From Euryarchaeota archaeon RBG_13_57_23 (lineage in GTDB: Archaea > Thermoplasmatota > Thermoplasmata > UBA10834), in NCBI GenBank assembly GCA_001800675.1, contig MGVW01000035.1, forward strand, positions 108,501 through 172,500: a stretch of 64,000 nucleotides of DNA, in the 5' to 3' direction. Shown here piece by piece: positions 24,400 through 33,713 of this stretch. The translations under genes and the position numbers were made by a program. Position 1 is the first letter of the stretch. Every line of letters begins with the position of its first letter. Below the pieces are notes generated by a model, which did not search any database, was not told where the DNA came from, and was given only the letters and a program-made list of their open reading frames with translations.

Positions 24400-24695
24400 C
24401 GGCGGGCAGGTACTGGCTGGGCTGATTCCTAATTATTATTTGCCTGAAGGAAAAGTATTTAATCGAGGGCGTCTTAGTACTACCGAAGAACAGCGCATCA
24501 ACCTTCAACTGACATCTCATCATATGATCAAGTGAATGTCAAGGAGGAGAGGTCCGCCTAGAAGCGGCCACTCTACCTCATAAAGTAGATGTGTGTCGAC
24601 CCCTGAGAGCACCGCGCAGCTGGTAGCTGAGCAGTGAGCCGGAGAGGAAGCGAAAGCTCGTCGACAAAGCTGTTTTTCAGGCAAGGAGGGAAACA

Positions 24696-25979
24696 ATGGA
24701 TATAGATCCAAGTACAACGAAATACTTGATCTCGGCGAAGCTGTCCACGGACGGTATCGTCGAGAAGCCAGATATCGTAGGTGCAATTTTCGGACAGACT
24801 GAGGGACTGCTCGGTGACGAGCTCGACCTCAGAGATCTTCAGAAGAGCGGTAGGATCGGAAGGATCGAAGTGGAAGTCTCGTCCACGAAGGGCAAGTCAG
24901 AGGGCATAGTGTATGTGCCATCAAGCCTTGACCAAGTCGAGACGGCCATTCTAGCTTCGTCGCTCGAGACCATCGACAGAGTCGGGCCGTGCAAGGCCAG
25001 AATCACCATCGAGAAGATCGAGGACGTCAGGGTCTCGAAGAGGAACAAGATAGTGGAAAGGGCGAAGCAGCTCCTGAACGAGCTGATGAAAGCCTCCAAG
25101 GTCAGCGGAGTGGACCTGGCCGACAGTGTTCGGCAATCCGTCCAGATCGAGGAGGTCATTCACTACGGAAAAGAGCGGCTGCCAGCGGGCCCGAATATCG
25201 ACGACTCAGATGCGATCATTGTGGTCGAGGGGCGATCCGATGTCCTCAACCTGTTGAAATACGGCATCAAGAACGTAATAGCGGTAGAGGGAACGAACAT
25301 ACCCCAGACCATTGTAGAGCTGAGCAAGGAGAAGGTCGTGACCGCATTCGCGGACGGCGACAGGGGCGGCGAACTCATCCTGAGGGAGCTGCTGCAGGTT
25401 GCCGAGGTTGATTTCATCGCGCGAGCTCCTGCTGGACAAGAGGTCGAGGAGCTGACGCAGAAGCAGATCGTAAAATGCCTCCGGAACAAGGTGCCTGCGG
25501 ACCAGTTTGCAGAAATGTTGAACATACAGGGACCATCAACCAAGAATGGCGAAAAAACGGGCAGACGGGACGAGGACAGAGGAGAACGACGCAGGCCAGA
25601 GGACGACAGAGGCAGGCACGGACGAGAGAGGGAGCAGAAGCCCCCGAGCAGGTTTCAAGAGGAGAAGCCTGTGAAACGCTTCTCCCCCGAGCAGCTGAGA
25701 TGGAAGGGCGTTCTCGATGAGCTAGTCAATACCTCGAAGGCCAAGATACTGAATGCTAGCGGCAACGTGCTCAAGGAAGTACATGTCAGCACGCTCGCAG
25801 ACACCCTCAAGGAAGGCATGGAAGGAGTCACTTCAGTCGTCCTGGACGGGATCATCACGCAGAGGATACTCGATATCGCAGTGGAAAAGAATATCAGCAC
25901 GGTCGTAGGTGTTAAGCTGGGGAACATCGCCAAACTCCCGACGAATGTCGAGGTGTTGACGAAGGAAGACCTCAGCTGA
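24696..25979 (+). CDS. dnaG: archaeal DnaG (Toprim; primase/exosome-associated)
   Basis: [35 protein letters not shown]-terminus, and Toprim blocks [10 protein letters not shown] and [12 protein letters not shown]. Confidence 0.9.
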   Translation: MDIDPSTTKYLISAKLSTDGIVEKPDIVGAIFGQTEGLLGDELDLRDLQKSGRIGRIEVEVSSTKGKSEGIVYVPSSLDQVETAILASSLETIDRVGPCKARITIEKIEDVRVSKRNKIVERAKQLLNELMKASKVSGVDLADSVRQSVQIEEVIHYGKERLPAGPNIDDSDAIIVVEGRSDVLNLLKYGIKNVIAVEGTNIPQTIVELSKEKVVTAFADGDRGGELILRELLQVAEVDFIARAPAGQEVEELTQKQIVKCLRNKVPADQFAEMLNIQGPSTKNGEKTGRRDEDRGERRRPEDDRGRHGREREQKPPSRFQEEKPVKRFSPEQLRWKGVLDELVNTSKAKILNASGNVLKEVHVSTLADTLKEGMEGVTSVVLDGIITQRILDIAVEKNISTVVGVKLGNIAKLPTNVEVLTKEDLS

Positions 25980-25984
25980 ACATC

Positions 25985-27526
25985 GTGACTGAAATGACCA
26001 CAGAGGAAGACTCCACCTCGAAGGCCCCCGAGCATCTCGAGGACCTGGAGACCACAGAGGACATCAAGATCTCGCACGACCCGCTAGAGAGGGTCGTTGG
26101 TCAGGAGGAGGCAGTCCGGCTGGCGAGGCTGGCCGCGTCCCAGAAGAGGCATTTCCTACTCGTGGGTCCGCCCGGAACCGGCAAATCGATGATAGCCCAG
26201 GCGCTATCCTTGCACCTTGAGATGCCGACCGAGGAGATCAGGGTGGTCCACAACCCAGAGAACCCCGAGCGGCCAATCGTCGAGGTGCGAAACAAGGCAG
26301 AGGTCGAGAAGGAGCTCGAGACGAAGGGCTTCGCAGAGGGAGAGTTCATCGATCCGAAGGAAGCCCCTGTCAACGTTGCTGAACGCTTGGGCTACAGATG
26401 CGCCAACTGTGGCACGTACTCTTCCCCTAGAGACGGCTTCTGTCCGAAATGCTCCAGGACCAAGGCGGCGCAGGTCAAATCCACACCCAACAACCCGTTC
26501 GGGGACCTGTTGGGCGGGCTCGTCGAAGTCACGATGGGGCAGCTCGGAGGGAGGGATCGCGTCACCACGACCAGGAAACGCTTCGGCAAGGAAGAGGTCG
26601 TTGTCTTCGAACGCGCGGGGGAGATGATCAAGGTGCTCGACCAACCCGCACTCGAAAAGAGGCGCGAACTTGAGAGGGAGAGCCCAAAGAAGGTCATCGT
26701 CCCGATAGGGAGAAAGCCTTTCGTGCTCGCCACAGGCGCGAGTGAGGTCGAACTTCTGGGAGACGTCCGACACGACCCTTACGGAGGACATCCGCAGCTC
26801 GGCACGCAGCCTTATGATCGAGTGGTGGCGGGAGCGGTCCACAGCGCACATCAAGGAGTCCTGTTCGTGGACGAGCTACCGCACCTGGGCCATCTTCAGA
26901 GATTCATTCTGACGGCGATGCAGGAGAAGCGGTTCCCGATAGCCGGGAGGAACCCGCAGAGCGCTGGAGCCAGCGTGCGCGTGGACAGCGTGCCCTGCGA
27001 TTTCATATTCGTGGGAGCGTGCAACATCCAGGACCTACCTCACATACTCTCGCCACTGAGGTCGAGGATAAACGGCGGAGGATACGAGGTGCTGGTGGAG
27101 ACGGTCATGCCGGACACGGAACACAACCGTTTCAGGATCGCTCAGTTCGTCGCCCAGGAGATCGTGATGGACACGAGGATACCGCATATGACTCGCGCTG
27201 CCGTCCAGGAGATCATCGAAGAGGCGAAGAAGCGCGCGAAGGCCATCGACAACAAGGACAAATCGCTAACGCTGAGGCTCAGGGAGCTTGGCGGATTGGT
27301 GCGTGCCGCGGGCGACGTCGCTGTCGTGGAAGAGGCGAAGCTGATTGAGCCGAGGCACATCAAGGATGCTCTCAAGCGTGCCCGTCCCGTCGAGGAACAG
27401 ATCAAGGAGCGATACGGGAGCTACATGGCCGGAGTGTCCACGGATGTGAGCACTTCCGAGAAGGAGTCATCTCCATACCATTATTGGAACTACCACGTCC
27501 ACGACGACAAGAGAGGCTACAGCTGA
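25985..27526 (+). CDS. Lon-B-like AAA+ ATPase without protease domain or membrane anchor, with Zn-ribbon insert
   Basis: Walker A GPPGTGKS, Walker B VLFVDEL, and the Lon-type block LTAMQEKRFPIAGRNPQSAGASVRVDSVPCDFIFVGACN. Insert CANCGTYSSPRDGFCPKC. The protein ends at 513 aa with no Ser-Lys protease module. Confidence 0.7.
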   Translation: MTEMTTEEDSTSKAPEHLEDLETTEDIKISHDPLERVVGQEEAVRLARLAASQKRHFLLVGPPGTGKSMIAQALSLHLEMPTEEIRVVHNPENPERPIVEVRNKAEVEKELETKGFAEGEFIDPKEAPVNVAERLGYRCANCGTYSSPRDGFCPKCSRTKAAQVKSTPNNPFGDLLGGLVEVTMGQLGGRDRVTTTRKRFGKEEVVVFERAGEMIKVLDQPALEKRRELERESPKKVIVPIGRKPFVLATGASEVELLGDVRHDPYGGHPQLGTQPYDRVVAGAVHSAHQGVLFVDELPHLGHLQRFILTAMQEKRFPIAGRNPQSAGASVRVDSVPCDFIFVGACNIQDLPHILSPLRSRINGGGYEVLVETVMPDTEHNRFRIAQFVAQEIVMDTRIPHMTRAAVQEIIEEAKKRAKAIDNKDKSLTLRLRELGGLVRAAGDVAVVEEAKLIEPRHIKDALKRARPVEEQIKERYGSYMAGVSTDVSTSEKESSPYHYWNYHVHDDKRGYS

Positions 27527-27534
27527 GCGCGCAA

Positions 27535-27978
27535 TCAATTCTGCAGGCTCTTCATCATCTTCCAGGCGTCCTCTCCGTTGCTGTAGAAGTTCTTGATCTC
27601 GCCGAAGATGGCGAAACCCTCGCGCTCGTAGAAGGCGATGGCACTCTTGTTGCTCTTCCTGACCTCGAGTACGACCGTATCGAACCCCTTGGCTCTGCAA
27701 CTTGCATATAGATCGGCCATCAACACTTTTCCGAGAGACCGTCTCCTGCTCTCGGGAAGAACTGCGATCATCAACACCCTGGCGACCTTCTGCCCGGTCG
27801 GCACGGCAGCCACGAATCCAATTACCTTCCCATCGTCCGTAATGACCAAGAAACCCTCGCCCCAGAGATTGTGGACAGTCAGGTACAGGGAAGGCGGATA
27901 GTTCTCGCCCAAGGACTGGTTCACAACCTCAGCGATCTGAGGAATGTCCGTCGGCGAGAAGTGGCGCACGAGGGTCAT
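27535..27978 (-). CDS. rimI: GNAT N-acetyltransferase (RimI/Ard1-type)
   Basis: 147 aa. The acetyl-CoA-binding region RRRSLGKVLM sits in a GNAT-like layout. Confidence 0.75.
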   Translation of the reverse strand: MTLVRHFSPTDIPQIAEVVNQSLGENYPPSLYLTVHNLWGEGFLVITDDGKVIGFVAAVPTGQKVARVLMIAVLPESRRRSLGKVLMADLYASCRAKGFDTVVLEVRKSNKSAIAFYEREGFAIFGEIKNFYSNGEDAWKMMKSLQN

Positions 27979-27987
27979 GTGGACCCG

Positions 27988-30135
27988 TCAATCGGATATC
28001 CCATGATTAATCTTGCGCGCAAGGTGGACCCCCGCAAGGCTCCCAATAGCCGCAGCCGCTCCCAAGAGCCACCCGATGTGCTTCTCGAGGAATGACCCCG
28101 CTGGCTCGCTATAGGATGGAAGCACGGTGAAGGAGACTACGTCAGTATCGCGGTTGCCCCAAGGATCCTCGACCGTCAGCACCGCTCTGTGCTTGCCGGG
28201 CTTGAGCGCAATGAATTCCAGTCTTGGAGCTGATCCGTCGACGCTTCCATCCGAATACGCATCCCACGACCATGAGGCGATGACATGATCGTCCGTGGAG
28301 GAGCTTCCGTTCAGGACAACTCGGTCGCCCAAGCGCACTTCGAAGTCCTCCCCAGCATCGGCCACTGGCGGCGATTCGTCCCCCAGCCAATCGATAGAGA
28401 ACGCATTCGAGAAGAAGGATGCGACCTCGAACGAATCAATGACGAGCGCAAGCTCTCGGTTCCTCGCGAACGAGGCGAAGACCCAGTTGTTACTGGATAC
28501 CACGCTCAGTCTCTCGTCGATGACGAAACCCTTGTTGTGAAGCAGTCCTACCGGCCCTTCCAGATCCATCATGCGGAACTCGCTGGCCTCTCCCACAGAC
28601 GCTGTCTCGGCGCGCAGGTACTCGCAAGTGGCGGTGTTCCGCTCCAGGTTGAACCAGCTGGAGTCGAACAAGATCCTCGTTGCAGAGCCGTTGCGGACTG
28701 ACGCTGTGATAGCAGTGACAAGAGGGCTTGTGCACGTGTCGTTCGACCACCTCGTGGACCACACGAGATCGCTCTGGAACTGCTCACCAACCACGGATTT
28801 GGATTCGGATAGAAATCCACAGATGAACGGTTCGGAATCTGAGCAGTCAGGAGAGATGTGAACGGAGACCGTCGCGGGACTGCTGGACCGCAGGGGCTCT
28901 ATCACCCTAGCGGATCGAATTGTTTCCTGAGGGGTTGGTAGTACGGCGGCTTCGTCGAACCTGGTATCCAGGCGCCATGCCCTGACATCCGGTCGGGTGA
29001 TCCTTGAATCAGACTCGAAGAGCCGTACCAGATAATCGGCCAACTTCTGATTCGAGACGAGAGCACCCCAGCCTCTGTTCCCTCTCATCTGGTCTGTTGG
29101 GAATGCAGACTCGACGAAGTTTTCCGAGAGGACGACGACCTCCAGACTGTCGAAGATACCGTACTTAGCGTGCAAGTGGTAGACATGTTGGATGATGTCG
29201 TTGCTCGCGTTCCCCGATAGCACGCGCACGTCGGCTCCACTCCTCGTGAGCACAGAGAGGAACAGTATCTCGTCCTCGCTCAGACCTCCAGCAGGCGCAC
29301 CATCCACAAGAAGCTGGACAATGACCCCCCGAGATAGTGCCTCGAGGAGCGAGACACATAGTTCTGCGGAGGACGCCTCGTATGCGCACAACCTCACGCT
29401 CTGCTGAGCTCTGCGGACACCATCCATCAGGACCGCGAGCGACGAATCAGGACTCGTGAATGCTGTCAGGTGCCCAGGTTCGACCTCTACCTGAAGTCCG
29501 GGCATATCCGTGTATCCGTACCTGAATTCGCGAAACGGAGTCCAGTCCGCGCATCTGTCAGTGTCGTGGTAGCCGAGTCCGTTTCGCACTCGCCTTAGCA
29601 CCTCTCCCTGTTTCGGTGCCGGAATTGGATCCCCCAACCACAGCTGCGGAGTATCTCCTGGTCGTCCATAACATGCGGAGTCAACGACAGAGCCACCTGG
29701 TGCGACAAGAGATATCGCATCACCCAGGTCGCCTAATCTGAAAGTACCTGCGACCACGGAAGCGGGCCCGGCTTCATCATCAAGAGCAATTGCAGGGCGG
29801 TTGTCGAACACGGCAGAGAAGGATGTGGAGTTGAAGGACATTGAGATGCTCATGCCTGGCGACACCCAACAGTCACGCATGATGGCAACGGTCCCTTCCC
29901 CGTCAGTCACAGACCAATTCTTCAAGTTGCACAAGGCGGTTCCCGCATTGAACAGGGTTATGTACTCATCGTCACAGAGCCCGCGTGGATAGAACTCACG
30001 AATCAGCATCGCTGACGACGAATCTAAGAGACCAGTAACCGTATAATCTGACGAACCTCCAGGGTGACACGGCGCGAAGACCACGAGGGAAAAGAGCAAG
30101 GCCGATGACACCGCCGTGATCCGTACGCGCCGCAT
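27988..30135 (-). CDS. secreted/anchored lamin-tail-domain + phospholipase D-family (2x HKD) + PKD-domain protein with C-terminal TM helix
   Basis: N-terminal signal-like helix; LTD-like EYITLFNAGTALCNLKNWSVTDGEG; two HxKxxxxD motifs (HAKYGIFD, HNKGFVID); PKD-like ADAGEDFEVRLGDRVVLNGSSSTD...WSW; C-terminal hydrophobic anchor. Confidence 0.7.
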   Translation of the reverse strand: MRRVRITAVSSALLFSLVVFAPCHPGGSSDYTVTGLLDSSSAMLIREFYPRGLCDDEYITLFNAGTALCNLKNWSVTDGEGTVAIMRDCWVSPGMSISMSFNSTSFSAVFDNRPAIALDDEAGPASVVAGTFRLGDLGDAISLVAPGGSVVDSACYGRPGDTPQLWLGDPIPAPKQGEVLRRVRNGLGYHDTDRCADWTPFREFRYGYTDMPGLQVEVEPGHLTAFTSPDSSLAVLMDGVRRAQQSVRLCAYEASSAELCVSLLEALSRGVIVQLLVDGAPAGGLSEDEILFLSVLTRSGADVRVLSGNASNDIIQHVYHLHAKYGIFDSLEVVVLSENFVESAFPTDQMRGNRGWGALVSNQKLADYLVRLFESDSRITRPDVRAWRLDTRFDEAAVLPTPQETIRSARVIEPLRSSSPATVSVHISPDCSDSEPFICGFLSESKSVVGEQFQSDLVWSTRWSNDTCTSPLVTAITASVRNGSATRILFDSSWFNLERNTATCEYLRAETASVGEASEFRMMDLEGPVGLLHNKGFVIDERLSVVSSNNWVFASFARNRELALVIDSFEVASFFSNAFSIDWLGDESPPVADAGEDFEVRLGDRVVLNGSSSTDDHVIASWSWDAYSDGSVDGSAPRLEFIALKPGKHRAVLTVEDPWGNRDTDVVSFTVLPSYSEPAGSFLEKHIGWLLGAAAAIGSLAGVHLARKINHGISD

Positions 30136-30191
30136 CGGGACTGAAGAAGAGAGGAAGACTGAAAACAGGCGCTGCTACACGTACGCTTCGC

Positions 30192-30890
30192 TCAGCGCTT
30201 CAATCCTGACACGAGATCGAGGAGAACCGCCTTCCGATCCTTCGCCTTCACGACGCCGCTGGCAAGAAGCACACCATCGGCTCCAAGTTCTAGTGCCTTA
30301 GCGACGTCCCTCCCGTTCTTGACTCCCGCCCCACAGAGCACACCTACATTCCTGGAGATCGCCTTGATTGACTCGACTGTGTCCGCCACGATCTTCGGGT
30401 TGGCCGTCGTGACCGAGATATCACCGCCAATCAGCTCGGGCGGTTCAATGGCGACGAAGTCGGGCTCCATCGCGGCACATGCCTTGCTCACAGCCAAGTT
30501 GTTCGTGCACACAATCGACAGAAGCCCGTTCGCCCTGGTCCGATCAATGATCTCGTGTATCTCAGATATCCGGAGGCGTCTCTCGGAATGGTTCACCAGC
30601 GTCCCGGCGGCGCCCGATGCCTTGGCGTTATCCACAGTCACATGTCCCGTCGTGCTCCCGGATGGCACGCCGTCCAGATGCTGGGCGAACACCGGTATCT
30701 TGACCTTGGAGGCGACGATCGCCAAGTCCATCAGGGGAGGAGCCACGACGATGGAGGCTCCCGTCTCGGCGGACACCTGCTCACACAGAGCAGCGATGGC
30801 CAGGGCACCCTGTCCGCTGGCTTCTGGATAAGTCTTGAAGTTGACCACGATGACCGGCTTGCGGACGCTCAGTGCACCCACCTCACTCAA
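30192..30890 (-). CDS. tpiA: triosephosphate isomerase (archaeal short type)
   Basis: VIVVNFKTYPEASG and NHSERR motifs. Overlaps the fbp stop by 8 nt. Confidence 0.9.
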   Translation of the reverse strand: MSEVGALSVRKPVIVVNFKTYPEASGQGALAIAALCEQVSAETGASIVVAPPLMDLAIVASKVKIPVFAQHLDGVPSGSTTGHVTVDNAKASGAAGTLVNHSERRLRISEIHEIIDRTRANGLLSIVCTNNLAVSKACAAMEPDFVAIEPPELIGGDISVTTANPKIVADTVESIKAISRNVGVLCGAGVKNGRDVAKALELGADGVLLASGVVKAKDRKAVLLDLVSGLKR

Positions 30891-32034
30891 GAGGCTGCAT
30901 CCTGGGCTCGAGCTTCTTGAGTATCTCGGGCCTGGTGGTGTACTCGAGTTCTTCGGGGGACACGATGCCCGGCATGAACGGGCCGTGCCCGCGCATGTAC
31001 ATCGATATCCTCATGGCCTTATTCCGGACGGGGTCCCATTCCTTGCCCGCAAAGTAGTCAATCGGCTTGTGCTCCCCAGGTTTGGAGCCCGGTGGCTCCG
31101 CGGCCTGGATCTTGCCGTTGGTGATCTGAATGCCCAGTGAGCAGACCCTCGGTGGGCCATCGTAGTACGTCGGGTCGGACTGGTCGACACTGCAGGGGTA
31201 CCATGCCCCGTAGTGTGAGCCTCTCATCCAACCAGCGACGAGCTGCGGGAACGCGAAGGGCTGTAGCACCTCGCCCACCGCAGGGAAGCCGGATTGGCAT
31301 CGGACGAGCATGACCGGGTCGTCCTTTCCGACATACTTTCCGGCGAGGATGTTCAGCTTCTCCGTGGATATGACAGCGGCTATGCCCAGTGTGCGGTGCA
31401 GTACCCTCTTCACGGCGTACCTCGTCGTGTCGCCTATCAGAGCGAGTATGTCGTACAGCTCTGCGGGCGAGCTCATGAGGACCTTCTTATGATCCACGAC
31501 ATCGACTATCTCGAGGTCGTAACCCAAGTGGGCCCTCGGGTCGATGACGAGCCCCGTGGTCGTGAACGGGTCCATGAATATCTTGGCGACGGGTAGGGAA
31601 TAGGCAGCCGGTCCGCACTTGTCCGCCATGAAGACCAGCATCGGCTCAGTGGGCCGCTCTTCGAACTCCATCTCAGCGGCGCCCGGGCCCTGCCCTCTTA
31701 CGTTCCCAGAGAAGGCATCGGTAAGCAGATCTTGCCCGGCCGCGTACAGATGCATCTTCTTGGCCTCGTTCGCGGCGGCCATGAAAACGTTCCATGAGAG
31801 CCCGTGTATCTCCTTGTTGTTCTCTCCCTTCCTGTGGGTCATCAGAAGCTGCATGTCGTCGCCGCACCGGGTTACATAGTAGTCGTTCAGCAGACCGTCT
31901 CGAACGGCCTTCCCCAGGAGTTCGGAGGCGATCTCCATCATCCGAGGATGCGGGCGAGAATGGCCCGCGATCGATCCGACGTCGGCCTTTATCAGCGATA
32001 CAGTAACCTTCTCCGGCATTTCAGCTTCCTCCAA
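30883..32034 (-). CDS. fbp: fructose-1,6-bisphosphate aldolase/phosphatase (class V FBPase)
   Basis: VTVSLIKADVGSIAGHSRPHP N-terminus; 383 aa, typical of the family. Confidence 0.92.
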   Translation of the reverse strand: MEEAEMPEKVTVSLIKADVGSIAGHSRPHPRMMEIASELLGKAVRDGLLNDYYVTRCGDDMQLLMTHRKGENNKEIHGLSWNVFMAAANEAKKMHLYAAGQDLLTDAFSGNVRGQGPGAAEMEFEERPTEPMLVFMADKCGPAAYSLPVAKIFMDPFTTTGLVIDPRAHLGYDLEIVDVVDHKKVLMSSPAELYDILALIGDTTRYAVKRVLHRTLGIAAVISTEKLNILAGKYVGKDDPVMLVRCQSGFPAVGEVLQPFAFPQLVAGWMRGSHYGAWYPCSVDQSDPTYYDGPPRVCSLGIQITNGKIQAAEPPGSKPGEHKPIDYFAGKEWDPVRNKAMRISMYMRGHGPFMPGIVSPEELEYTTRPEILKKLEPRMQPLE

Positions 32035-32223
32035 GCAAATTCAGGCGCTCAGATACTCGGGTCCAGCGGATAAGAGGCTCAGCATATATTAACCGTTTCG
32101 AATCCATCAGCGCACTCGCGCCCGCTCGGCTCGGCAGGCATCATCGACCAGAGGGGGGATTCGCGAGGTGTGGAAAGGCTTAAACGCGCATAGAACTCTT
32201 CGACGCCTGCGAGTGAATAAGAG

Positions 32224-33636
32224 ATGGGGTCCGTAGAGGAGCTCAGGCCGATTTTCTCGCCGAAATCCATCGCGGTCATCGGAGCTTCCAGAAGCCCCAT
32301 GAAGATCGGCTACGAGATACTTCAGAACATCCTTGTCCAGGGCTACACCGGCAAGATCTACCCGATCAACCCTGAAGTGCCGGAGATCATGGGTCTCAAG
32401 GTCCAGCCCAGCGTGCTCGCGGTCAAGGACGATATCGACCTGGCGATCATCGCGGTCCCGGCCGAGGCCGTCCCCAAGGTCATGATGGAGTGCGCCAAGA
32501 AGAAAGTGAAGGGCGTCATTGTCATTTCCTCCGGGTTCGCGGAGACGGGCGAGAAAGGTAGATTGCTCGAGGAGGAGATACTCCAGATCGCCCGGAAGGG
32601 CAACATGCGGCTCATAGGTCCCAACACACTCGGGTACAAGGACCCGATAGACAACCTGGACGCCGCCTTCGTTTTCGGCATGCCACGGCCCGGGGAGATA
32701 GCGCTCATCAGCCAGAGCGGCGCACTATGCATTGGCATGGTCTACTACGCGAATGGTGAGTACATCGGGCTATCGAGGGTGATCAGCATCGGTAACAAGG
32801 CCGACGTCGATGACGCGGACCTGATTGACTACCTCGACCAGGACCCAGCGACGAAGGTCATCGCCATGTACATCGAGGGCATAAAGGACGGCAAGAAGTT
32901 CCTCGACGCTGCGCGCAGATGCCAGAAACCCATTGTGGTCATCAAGGCCGGAAGGACGCCTGCGGGCTCTGCCGCAGCATCTACTCATACGGGATCTCTC
33001 AGCGGTTCTGACATTGTCTACGACTCTGCCTTCAGACAGGTGCACATACAGAGGGCGTACGACGTCATAGAGCTTTTCGACTTTGCGCGGGCTCTTGCCT
33101 ACCAGCCGCCTGCCTTAGGAGGAAGAGTCGGCATCATATCGAACGGTGGTGGTGCCGGGATCATGACAGCGGATTGGTGCGAATCCGTGGGCCTGAAGGT
33201 GCCCAACCTTACCAAGAAGACAATCGACGCGTTGCGGCCACACCTGCCGTCCATAACCTCTGCAAGGAACCCGCTGGACGTGACTGGAGACGCTAGATTC
33301 CACAGGTACCACGCAACTGGCAGCATCATGCTCTCAGACCCGAACATCGACTCTCTCATAATGGTCTGTGTTCACGCCGGGATCGCAAGGCCTCGGGAGT
33401 TTGTCGGAGCCGTGATCAAACTCGTCGGGGATAAGAGGAACCTCAAGAAACCTATCGTGGCCTGTTGGGTGGGCGGGCCGGAGATCGATGAGGTCGTGCA
33501 GGAGTTGAGGGTCAAGAACATACCAGTATACTCCTCGGCGTCGAGGGCAGCCAAGGCCGTGAAGTGCTTGTACGAGGAAGGGCATCGACTCGAACTGATT
33601 GGGAAGAAGAAGCAGGCCAGGGAGAACCATTCGTAG
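32224..33636 (+). CDS. acdA: ADP-forming acetyl-CoA synthetase, alpha subunit (CoA-binding/ligase domains)
   Basis: IFSPKSIAVIGASRSPMKIGYEILQNI and the phospho-His loop context ...ASTHTGSLSGS. Confidence 0.85.
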   Translation: MGSVEELRPIFSPKSIAVIGASRSPMKIGYEILQNILVQGYTGKIYPINPEVPEIMGLKVQPSVLAVKDDIDLAIIAVPAEAVPKVMMECAKKKVKGVIVISSGFAETGEKGRLLEEEILQIARKGNMRLIGPNTLGYKDPIDNLDAAFVFGMPRPGEIALISQSGALCIGMVYYANGEYIGLSRVISIGNKADVDDADLIDYLDQDPATKVIAMYIEGIKDGKKFLDAARRCQKPIVVIKAGRTPAGSAAASTHTGSLSGSDIVYDSAFRQVHIQRAYDVIELFDFARALAYQPPALGGRVGIISNGGGAGIMTADWCESVGLKVPNLTKKTIDALRPHLPSITSARNPLDVTGDARFHRYHATGSIMLSDPNIDSLIMVCVHAGIARPREFVGAVIKLVGDKRNLKKPIVACWVGGPEIDEVVQELRVKNIPVYSSASRAAKAVKCLYEEGHRLELIGKKKQARENHS

Positions 33637-33713
33637 ATGGAATTGGAGATGCCCACACAGGAGAAGCATGCTCTCCAAAGTATCAAATCCTGACTCGCTA
33701 TCGCCCTCACATC

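Noticed and set aside
24540-24690. GGAGGAGAGGTCCGCC (RNase P CR-I-like) and CCGGAGAGGAAGC (SRP helix-8-like) strings
   Set aside because: The region is too short and lacks the other universally conserved RNase P or SRP RNA blocks. It is kept only as a generic candidate structured leader or sRNA.
33564-33713. N-terminal extension of the EamA transporter ORF
   Set aside because: It overlaps the acdA 3' end. The hydrophobic transporter sequence starts at ATG 33714.
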